NCBI GenBank assembly: GCA_030635145.1
Contig: DAOVZK010000001.1
Location: 23,381-87,380, forward strand
Direction: 5' to 3'
Source of the DNA: Planctomycetota bacterium
GTDB taxonomy: Bacteria; Planctomycetota; Phycisphaerae; SM23-33
Length of the DNA stretch: 64,000 nt
Part shown: piece after piece, positions 1-7,504 of the stretch
How positions within the stretch are numbered: position 1 is the first letter of the stretch
Layout: each line of letters begins with the position of its first letter
The notes under the pieces: generated by a model
Told to the model about the DNA's origin: nothing
The model's database searches: none
The model's input: only the letters and a program-made list of their open reading frames with translations
Translations under genes and position numbers: made by a program

Positions 1-228
1 TTGACGCAGTTTACCCGAACAAGCGGTTTTTGCCCGCCCGCCACATCGCACAAACACCTGCCATGCAACAACTTATCGTTATTCAAAAAAATTCGAGATG
101 TTTGGGGTTGCTTACTTCACTCGCACCCGAATTTTGCCGAACTATTATAATGGCAGGGTTAACAGGCATCTACCTGCCGGGTTTTGTGTTAGTCAGGGGT
201 GCCGAGTTCAAGACGAAAAGGTGATGTT

Positions 229-1878
229 GTGAGTTTGATACTGGAGGTATTGGGCAAGGGTCTGGAGGCGGATCTTTGCGATGTTTTATTACCGTTTTAC
301 CGGATAAGCGAACCAGAATGGTCCGATTTTCAGGACAGCTGCGACACGGAGCGAAGTCCGGAGCTATTGCAGGGGCTGGAATTTTTGCGGTGCGGGGATT
401 TCGCCGCCGCCGAGAAGTTACTCGAAAATGTCTGCAGGAAAAATCCGCAAAGCACCGCTGCTTATGCGGGAATGATCGCTGCCCTGGAGAAGCTGGGCAA
501 ACTCGATCGCGTATTTGAGTTTCTCAAGAAACTCAACCAGATTTGCCCGTATCAGGCGCCAATTGAATTTGCGTTTGGTTTGTGCTACGAAAAACTCGGG
601 AAGCCAAAAAAGGCAGCGGTTCGATATCGCTGTGCCACGTCGCTGAACGAATCGTACATTGAGGGATGGGCAAGATTGGCGGCGGTGGATTTGGTTACGC
701 AAAATTACGACGAGGCCGCCGAGTGCTACGAGCGGTTGATTCGAATCGTACCGGAAGATAACCGGCTGCGTGCGTCGCTGGGTGGATTGTACTTGCTGGC
801 GGGGAAACCCGAAAAGGCCGGTGCGGTTTTTGATTCTGCCATTTCGCTGGAGCCCGAAAACTGGGGCGACGACGACGCGAAAGTTCCCGATATGATTGCG
901 GCCGGTAAGATTCGTCTTGCGATTGACTATCTACAGCAGTCGCTCGAAACCAAGGGCGACTTCGCCGACATTCACGTCAAAATCGCGAACCTTTACAGCA
1001 TGGTCGGCGACGATGGACCGGCAATGGAGCATTACCGCTACGCACTGAGCATCCACGGTGACTATCTCGACGCGCTGGTTCGCATGGGGTCGCACCATTT
1101 GGTTCACGGGCGATGGGAAGAAGCCGCCGAAACCTTCTACCTCGCCGCCGAACATAACGAACGGCTGCTCATAAACTATCTTGGCGTGGCGACGGCCTGC
1201 AAAACTATCGGCAAACCAAAGCACGCCGAGGAATACTACAACCTCGCGACGCAAATGGAACCCAACTGCTCGCTGCTGCATTCGCAAATGATACGCCTGC
1301 ATCACAAGATCACCACGGCGGAGGATTTTGTGCACAAGCTGCAGGATCAATCGGACACCGTTGCGATGAGCGGCGAGGCCGATTCGCAGTGCAAACCGCT
1401 ACCCGAAAATGAACTCACCGCCCACGCCCAGCGAGTCGCCAGCGAACCAAACTGCACCGAGGCGCGATTCCATTACGGTGTGCTGCTGCGGTCGGCGGGG
1501 CGGTCGAGTGAGGCGATTAAGGAATTTTATCAAACAGTGCGGAGTCAGCCGTTACATGCCTCGGGGTTGGTGAAACTTGGTGTGCTGCTGTGGGAGCAGA
1601 ACCGTCGCGACCAGGCCGAAACGATATTCGACCGAATTTTTCGGCCCGACACTAAGCAAATCGAGATTCACTATCGGCTGGGATTGCATTTTCACGACCC
1701 GCAACAGCTGCGCGAAATCGCTTGCGAAATGGCAAGCTCCGAAACGACCCCGATGGAAGAATCCGAAGCGCAAAATCACCTGATGCTGTCGCTGGGAAAC
1801 ATGGGGCTGGTCGACCGCGGTGCGATGGCGTGGAAATCTTTGAATCAGACACACGGTGCAAAAATCAGCAGCAAATAA
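229..1878 (+). CDS. Tetratricopeptide repeat protein
   Basis: Many TPR-like helical units (e.g. YIEGWARLAAVDLVTQNYDEAAECYERLIRIVPED; EARFHYGVLLRSAGRSSEAIKEF). GTG at 229 follows AAAAGGTGA; ORF is open from 199. Confidence 0.8.
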   Translation: MSLILEVLGKGLEADLCDVLLPFYRISEPEWSDFQDSCDTERSPELLQGLEFLRCGDFAAAEKLLENVCRKNPQSTAAYAGMIAALEKLGKLDRVFEFLKKLNQICPYQAPIEFAFGLCYEKLGKPKKAAVRYRCATSLNESYIEGWARLAAVDLVTQNYDEAAECYERLIRIVPEDNRLRASLGGLYLLAGKPEKAGAVFDSAISLEPENWGDDDAKVPDMIAAGKIRLAIDYLQQSLETKGDFADIHVKIANLYSMVGDDGPAMEHYRYALSIHGDYLDALVRMGSHHLVHGRWEEAAETFYLAAEHNERLLINYLGVATACKTIGKPKHAEEYYNLATQMEPNCSLLHSQMIRLHHKITTAEDFVHKLQDQSDTVAMSGEADSQCKPLPENELTAHAQRVASEPNCTEARFHYGVLLRSAGRSSEAIKEFYQTVRSQPLHASGLVKLGVLLWEQNRRDQAETIFDRIFRPDTKQIEIHYRLGLHFHDPQQLREIACEMASSETTPMEESEAQNHLMLSLGNMGLVDRGAMAWKSLNQTHGAKISSK

Positions 1879-1899
1879 TCGCAGCGTCGGTGGGTTAGA

Positions 1900-2931
1900 T
1901 TATCGCGATTTGTACTCGGCGATGCCCGGTTCCGGCACGGCGTGGATGAGCATATTTATGATCGCGTCGGGTGTAATGCTTTCGGCGTCGGCGTTGAAGT
2001 TGGTGAATATGCGATGCCGTAGCACGGGGAAGCTCACGGTGCGGACATCCTCGGCCGAGACGTTAAACCGCCCATTAAGCAGCGCCCGCGACTTGGCACC
2101 AAGCACCAAGTACTGCGCCGCTCTCGGCCCGGCACCCCAAGTTAAATACTCCTTCACAAAATCCGGTGCCGTGGGATCTTTCGGCCTCGTCGCACGGGTA
2201 ATGTTCACGGCGTAGTCGATAATATGCTGCGAGACGGGCACCTTGCGGAGAATTTGCTGCAGGGCGAGAATGTCCTCGGCACTGAGAACACCTTGCGGCT
2301 CGGCGGCGGTAGTTGTGGTCGTTGCCTTGACGATTTCCCGCTCTTCATCGCGCGACGGATAATCCACCGCCACCATAAACATAAACCTGTCCAGCTGCGC
2401 CTCGGGCAGCGGATACGTGCCTTCCTGCTCAATCGGATTTTGCGTCGCCAGCACGAAAAACGGTTGGTCGAGCTGGTAGTCTTGACCACCAGCTGTGACG
2501 TGATACTCCTGCATCGCCTGCAAAAGTGCCGCCTGGGTTTTTGGTGGGGTGCGGTTGATTTCGTCGGCGAGAATGATATTCGAAAACAGCGGGCCTTTGA
2601 CGAATCGAAACTCGCGCCGCCCGGTGCTGCGGTCTTCCTCGATGATGTCCGTGCCGGTGATGTCCGACGGCATGAGGTCGGGGGTAAACTGAATACGATT
2701 GAACGACAGCTTAAGCACCTTGGCGAGCGTGGAAATCATCAGAGTTTTCGCCAACCCCGGCACGCCCACTAGCAAACAGTGCCCGCGCGACAGCATCGCC
2801 ATCGTCAGCAGCTCCAGCACCTCGTCCTGCCCGATGATTACCTTGCGAATTTCGGTGTGCATGGCTTGGCGAGTGCGGGCGAGTTGCTCGATGATACGAA
2901 TGTCGTTGGGTGTATGTGGTGCGTCTGTCAT
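1900..2931 (-). CDS. moxR: MoxR-family AAA+ ATPase
   Basis: Walker A GVPGLAKT, RIQFTPDLMPSDITG, Walker B LADEINR, TQNPIEQEGTYPLPEAQLDRF. Confidence 0.95.
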   Translation of the reverse strand: MTDAPHTPNDIRIIEQLARTRQAMHTEIRKVIIGQDEVLELLTMAMLSRGHCLLVGVPGLAKTLMISTLAKVLKLSFNRIQFTPDLMPSDITGTDIIEEDRSTGRREFRFVKGPLFSNIILADEINRTPPKTQAALLQAMQEYHVTAGGQDYQLDQPFFVLATQNPIEQEGTYPLPEAQLDRFMFMVAVDYPSRDEEREIVKATTTTTAAEPQGVLSAEDILALQQILRKVPVSQHIIDYAVNITRATRPKDPTAPDFVKEYLTWGAGPRAAQYLVLGAKSRALLNGRFNVSAEDVRTVSFPVLRHRIFTNFNADAESITPDAIINMLIHAVPEPGIAEYKSR

Positions 2932-3097
2932 TTTTTGCTCCGAATGGTGGGGCGTTGTTTTTTCGTGACCGGCACGGCCGATCCTGCAAATAAGTGTACG
3001 ATTTACGAATCCTGTTGTCGAGGGGCTGCTGAAAGTTTAGAATCATGTCCGGTGAAAACACGATAAAAAATTCGGGAACCTCGAAAGGGAGATCGAC

Positions 3098-3718
3098 ATG
3101 AAAAAACTCAAAGCATTTGTGCTAACGACTATTCTCGGTGGCGTTGTGGTGATTTTACCAGCCGCGATTTTACTGTTTGTGTTCAAGTGGATTTTCGGGA
3201 TGGTTATAAGCGGCGTTCGCCCGGCGGCGGAAACACTCGTGGACCAATCCGACTTCGGATTCGCGCTGGCGACAATTATCGTGCTGGGCGTGATCATCGG
3301 AGCATGTTTTCTGCTGGGGCTGCTGATCCGAACCAAGGTTGGCAAGCTGATGCATCAGCTAATCGAAAACGCCATTCTCAGCCGCTTCCCCGGATACTCG
3401 CTGCTGCGCGAAACCGTCGGGCAACTTCTCGGCGGAAAAAAGTCGCCGTTTTCCACAGTCGCCCTCGCGCAAATCTACGGCAACGATACGCTGGTGACAG
3501 CGTTTGTTACCGACGAGCACGAAAACGGAATGTTCACGGTTTTCGTTCCCACAGGCCCGAACCCCACGAGCGGAAACATTTACCATCTCGAGGCGCAGTA
3601 CGTGCATGTGGTGGACGTTTCGGTGGAATCGACAATGCGGTCTATCATCAGCTGCGGTGCCGGGTCGACAAAACTCGTCGAAGAATTCGGTAAGAAAAAT
3701 CCAAGCAGCAATAATTAG
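3098..3718 (+). CDS. DUF502-family membrane protein
   Basis: Two N-terminal TM segments, then VFVPTGPNPTSG and IISCG motifs; RBS GGGAG. Confidence 0.85.
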   Translation: MKKLKAFVLTTILGGVVVILPAAILLFVFKWIFGMVISGVRPAAETLVDQSDFGFALATIIVLGVIIGACFLLGLLIRTKVGKLMHQLIENAILSRFPGYSLLRETVGQLLGGKKSPFSTVALAQIYGNDTLVTAFVTDEHENGMFTVFVPTGPNPTSGNIYHLEAQYVHVVDVSVESTMRSIISCGAGSTKLVEEFGKKNPSSNN

Positions 3719-3731
3719 ACATTCGTCCGGT

Positions 3732-3753
3732 GCCGGGTCAAGACCCGGCCTTG
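3732..3753. repeat. REP-like hairpin, degenerate inverted copy of the GTAG-REP at 30227
   Basis: GCCGGGTC-AA-GACCCGGC-CTTG versus the reverse complement of 30227-30248 (GCCGGGTCGAGACCCGGCCTAC). Confidence 0.65.
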
Positions 3754-3761
3754 AGAGAGAG

Positions 3762-3842
3762 CTGTAGGTCATGCAACTTGTTGCATGACACGGAATAATA
3801 GGAGCATCTTAATTGCCATGCAACAAGTTGCATGACCTACAG
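3762..3842. repeat. GTAG-type REP doublet (REPIN-like)
   Basis: Perfect 26-bp inverted repeat (3762-3787 / 3817-3842); the left arm reads GTAG + hairpin GTCATGCAAC-TT-GTTGCATGAC; lies between convergent genes. Confidence 0.85.
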
Positions 3843-3847
3843 AAGAT

Positions 3848-4762
3848 CTAGGCTTTTTGCCGGCGGAGCGTCTTGAAGGTGCTTATCGCAGGGCCCATGA
3901 GTATGTAAGCCAGCACCAGCACCGCCATCGCCTGATACTCGAACATAACCAGCAGCAATATCACGACCACCATTTTGACGAGATAGCTGAATGGTTTTCG
4001 GCCGCGAATATAGTGGTTGACCAAATGTGGATACGTAAACTGCGACACCATCAGCAATGCACAAACCAGCGTTAGGATCGGCAAGGTGACGCTCATTCCG
4101 ATCAGTAGTACCGATTCTGGAACCAAGGCCTGGTCTTTCATGAGGCTGGTAAACAGCAGCACCATTGATCCAAGCCCGGCGGCGGCGGCGGGTGTTGGCA
4201 GTCCGCGAAAATCCATATGTGCCGACTCGTCCTGCTCGGTTTCTACGTTGAACCGCGCCAATCGCAGCACAGCGCAGGCAACATAGATGGCGGCGATACA
4301 CCACACGACGCGCTCCACGGGAATGTGCCGCTCGAACTGCGTACGCAAAATGGAAATCGCCGCGTGCAGTGTCAGCATCGCCGGGGCTACGCCGAAACTT
4401 ACCATATCGCAAAGGCTGTCGAGTTGCGCACCGAAATCGCTGGTCGTTCGCGTCATGCGGGCCACTCGACCGTCGAGCATATCGAAAATCATTGCACCGA
4501 AAATCAGCAGCGACGCTATTTTTAGATTCTTGACGGCTTCGATGGCGGCGTCCGAGTCGCCGAAGGTTACCCCGAAGCCGCTTTTCGATGCGTAGTAGAT
4601 CGCGGCGAATCCCAGCAGCCCGTTTAGCAGCGTAAACGATGCCGGGAGGACCGCCGTGCTTCGCAGCCGCCGGCGCGGCAGCGTGGAGATTGGCTCGTCG
4701 TCGGTCTCTTCAAGTATGTCGTCAATTTCAGTGTTGTCGGTATTTTCGGTATAATCAGCCAT
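3848..4762 (-). CDS. pssA: CDP-diacylglycerol--serine O-phosphatidyltransferase
   Basis: CDP-alcohol phosphotransferase motif DMLDGRVAR...FGAQLDSLCDMVSFGVAPA, LRLARFN, FRGLPTPAAA; overlaps the psd stop. Confidence 0.93.
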   Translation of the reverse strand: MADYTENTDNTEIDDILEETDDEPISTLPRRRLRSTAVLPASFTLLNGLLGFAAIYYASKSGFGVTFGDSDAAIEAVKNLKIASLLIFGAMIFDMLDGRVARMTRTTSDFGAQLDSLCDMVSFGVAPAMLTLHAAISILRTQFERHIPVERVVWCIAAIYVACAVLRLARFNVETEQDESAHMDFRGLPTPAAAAGLGSMVLLFTSLMKDQALVPESVLLIGMSVTLPILTLVCALLMVSQFTYPHLVNHYIRGRKPFSYLVKMVVVILLLVMFEYQAMAVLVLAYILMGPAISTFKTLRRQKA

Positions 4763-5465
4763 CGCTGGGTTCCTCTTGTTTGCATTTTTTGCACTTGGCG
4801 AGGATCGTTTCACCGGCCCGCACATGATCGGAAATTGAAACGCAAATCTCGCCCGCCAATTCCTGCGGGAGCAGCAGTTCCAGACGCGACCCGAATTTTA
4901 TCATACCCATCCGCGACCCGCGAGTAACAGTTTGCCCTTTGTCCACGGCAGTGACGATGCGTCGCGCGACAAGCCCGGCGATCTGACGGAAAACGACCGG
5001 ATACTGCCTACCGTTATGCGTATGCGTCATGCGAATCGTCGCCGACTCGTTTCGCTCTGAGGCGTGGGAGTCGCGAACGTCCAGAAACGCACCGGCGCGA
5101 TGTGTGACATCTTCGATTACTCCGTCGCAGGGCACACGGTTGACGTGCACGTTGAACACGTTCATGAATATTCCGATTTGTACGCCGTTTTCACCGAGAA
5201 TGCTTTCAGCCCCGAGCGGGGTAATGTCTGCGACGACTCCGTCGGCGGGGCTTATGAACAAACCGTCGCCGGTTGGTGTTTGGCGGGTCGGGTCGCGGAA
5301 AAACCACAGCACCCAGCCCCACACGACCAGTGCGAGAAGGGATATGAATCCAAACGCCCAGCAAACAGTCGCCCCCAGCAATGCGCCAACCGCGCAAAGC
5401 CCGAGCAGTGCCATTGTCAAAATGCCAACTTCACGCAAACCGTGTTTTGTAATCATAGTCATCAC
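4755..5465 (-). CDS. psd: Phosphatidylserine decarboxylase proenzyme
   Basis: FFRDP, SPADG, IFMNVFNVHVNR, QIAGLVARRI, self-cleavage site IKFGSR; start is 5465, 5462 or 5456. Confidence 0.95.
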   Translation of the reverse strand: MMTMITKHGLREVGILTMALLGLCAVGALLGATVCWAFGFISLLALVVWGWVLWFFRDPTRQTPTGDGLFISPADGVVADITPLGAESILGENGVQIGIFMNVFNVHVNRVPCDGVIEDVTHRAGAFLDVRDSHASERNESATIRMTHTHNGRQYPVVFRQIAGLVARRIVTAVDKGQTVTRGSRMGMIKFGSRLELLLPQELAGEICVSISDHVRAGETILAKCKKCKQEEPSDG

Positions 5466-5563
5466 CGCAAAACAATACTCTCACCGCGCGATATAGTCCA
5501 TCGAAAATTACGTAGGGCCAAGGCTCCCAACCACAAAACCTTCTGGGGGCGGCATCCTTTCCC

Positions 5564-5591
5564 TTGCCAAATCTGCGTATTAGCGTATACT
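5564..5591 (+). promoter_or_regulatory. Putative sigma70 promoter of ribH-nusB
   Basis: TTGCCA-16 bp-TATACT upstream of ribH. Confidence 0.55.
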
Positions 5592-5661
5592 TCAGCATAC
5601 GAATCCCCGCGGAATGACATTTTTCTGGTTTTTCTGATATGGCGGATATGGAGTAAATACT

Positions 5662-6141
5662 ATGAGACAATATCAAGGTCAGCTGACGACACCACAAGAG
5701 GCACGGTTTGCCATCGTTGTCGGGCGGTTTAATGAGTTTATCACCAGCAAGTTGCTCGGCGGAGCGGTTGATACGCTTGAGCGTCACGGCGTACAGCAGG
5801 AAGACATCGAAGTCGTCTGGTCTCCGGGCAGTTTCGAGATTCCGGTAATCGCCGGGCGTCTAGCCAAGAGCGAACAATACGACGCCGTCATCTGCCTCGG
5901 GGCAGTCATCCGCGGCGGAACCGACCACTACCAGTATGTCGCCTCGGAAGTCGCCAAGGGCATTTCCATCGTGTCGATCCAGACGGGCGTACCGTGTATC
6001 TTCGGCGTGCTGACGTGCGATACGGTCGAGCAGGCTGTCGACCGGGCCGGTGCCAAGAGCGGAAACAAAGGCTCCGACGCAGCGATGTCCGCACTCGAAA
6101 TGGTAAACCTTTTCAACCAACTTCCCGGTAGCAAAGCATAA
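5662..6141 (+). CDS. ribH: 6,7-dimethyl-8-ribityllumazine synthase
   Basis: [41 protein letters not shown]. Confidence 0.97.
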   Translation: MRQYQGQLTTPQEARFAIVVGRFNEFITSKLLGGAVDTLERHGVQQEDIEVVWSPGSFEIPVIAGRLAKSEQYDAVICLGAVIRGGTDHYQYVASEVAKGISIVSIQTGVPCIFGVLTCDTVEQAVDRAGAKSGNKGSDAAMSALEMVNLFNQLPGSKA

Positions 6142-6142
6142 C

Positions 6143-6613
6143 GTGAATCAACACCGTTCAAGACGTTTGGCGTTGCAGGGTTTGTGCTGCATCGACTCGC
6201 AGGGCACGCAGGGCTGGGCGATGGTGGAGGAATTCATCCGCGACTCACACGAGCCTTCGACGGTAGTCGATCGCGCGTTGCAGATGCTGGCAGAATCGTT
6301 CGACGACCGCTCGGAATGCGATGAAGTTCTCAAACGTCATGCGCGGCGATGGGATATTCCGCGACTTGCGCTGGTAGATCGAAACATTTTGCGATTAGGC
6401 GTACACGAGCTGCGCGAGGGCAAAACTCCATTTAAAGTTGTCATCTCCGAGGCGCTTCGTCTGGCACGCGAATTTTCCTCAGCCGAAAGCCCCAGATTCG
6501 TAAACGGCATCCTCGACGCCGTCGCCCGCGAACTGGCACATCCAATCGAGGACAAAACCGACGCACCCACCGATGGCGAATCTGGTACGCCAACCGAACC
6601 CACCGACAAATAA
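6143..6613 (+). CDS. nusB: Transcription antitermination factor NusB
   Basis: N-terminal RHRSRRLALQ, DRNILRL, VVISEALRLA, FVNGILD; conserved ribH-nusB synteny. Confidence 0.95.
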   Translation: MNQHRSRRLALQGLCCIDSQGTQGWAMVEEFIRDSHEPSTVVDRALQMLAESFDDRSECDEVLKRHARRWDIPRLALVDRNILRLGVHELREGKTPFKVVISEALRLAREFSSAESPRFVNGILDAVARELAHPIEDKTDAPTDGESGTPTEPTDK

Positions 6614-6657
6614 CCCCACAGAGATTGTGTGGGTAAGTCTCTCATTCATTCGAAATT

Positions 6658-7455
6658 TTACTTCGTATTTAGGAACTCAAATTTCCGCTGTACGCAGCAG
6701 GGGCAATTATTGGCTGGTTTGGGGGATATCGTCAGCTGCTGGACGCGATTCGTCCACAGGTCGAGTTTTGTCAGATATGGCGAGACGCTATCGGCGTTGC
6801 CCGAGAGAATTTTCATTGCCTCAACGACTTCCATGGATGCTATCGCCGCCACCGCTCCGCCCAGCACACCAAGCGACGATGCCTTCATCGCCAGCTCGCT
6901 GTCTCTCGGGGGTGGGGTTTCGTAGATGCACCTCAAGCAGCCCGACGTTCCCGGAATGACCGCCATCACATGACCCTGCGCCTGCACAACACCGGCGAAA
7001 ATCCACGGAGTTCCGCTGCTGACGGCAAAATCGTTGAGCAAAAACCGCGACGCCCAATCGTCTGTCCCGTCGATGATCAAATCAACCCCGGTTGCGAGTT
7101 CTGCGATGTTCCCCGATGTCGCTCGTTCGGTTATCGCTTCGACTTCGACGTTGCTGTTAATTTGCGATATTCGCGCAGCTGCGGCCAAGGCCTTTGGCTT
7201 ACCGGCAGCGACGTCAGCCTCGGTGTACATCCCCTGGCGGGCAAGGTTGCTCCAGTCGACGATGTCGTCGTCGGCTAGTCGTAATTTTCCGCACCCGGCT
7301 CGGGCTAACAGTTCCGCCACCCACGATCCAAGCCCACCAGCCCCGACAATCAGAACCGTCGCCCCGCAAAGTTTCCGCTGCCCGGACTGTCCAAGCAAAG
7401 CGAAAAGCTCCTGCCGCTGATATCGCCCATCGTAATTATTCTGCCGCTGAGTCAT
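6658..7455 (-). CDS. ThiF/MoeB-family adenylyltransferase
   Basis: RYQRQ, GAGGLGS, SNLARQ, CLRC and CPCC zinc ligands; ATG at 7455. Confidence 0.92.
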   Translation of the reverse strand: MTQRQNNYDGRYQRQELFALLGQSGQRKLCGATVLIVGAGGLGSWVAELLARAGCGKLRLADDDIVDWSNLARQGMYTEADVAAGKPKALAAAARISQINSNVEVEAITERATSGNIAELATGVDLIIDGTDDWASRFLLNDFAVSSGTPWIFAGVVQAQGHVMAVIPGTSGCLRCIYETPPPRDSELAMKASSLGVLGGAVAAIASMEVVEAMKILSGNADSVSPYLTKLDLWTNRVQQLTISPKPANNCPCCVQRKFEFLNTK

Positions 7456-7461
7456 GGGTGT

Positions 7462-7494
7462 AGTATAGTCTGTGGGAGGAAATTTTGCTATAAT
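7462..7494. promoter_or_regulatory. Overlapping divergent promoters
   Basis: Plus strand: extended -10 TGCTATAAT (7486-7494). Minus strand: TATACT (7467-7462), 6 nt before the ATG at 7455. Confidence 0.5.
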
Positions 7495-7504
7495 CATAAG
7501 GTAA

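Noticed and set aside
5466-5661. FMN riboswitch upstream of ribH
   Set aside because: No RFN consensus blocks; the region is explained by divergent promoters.
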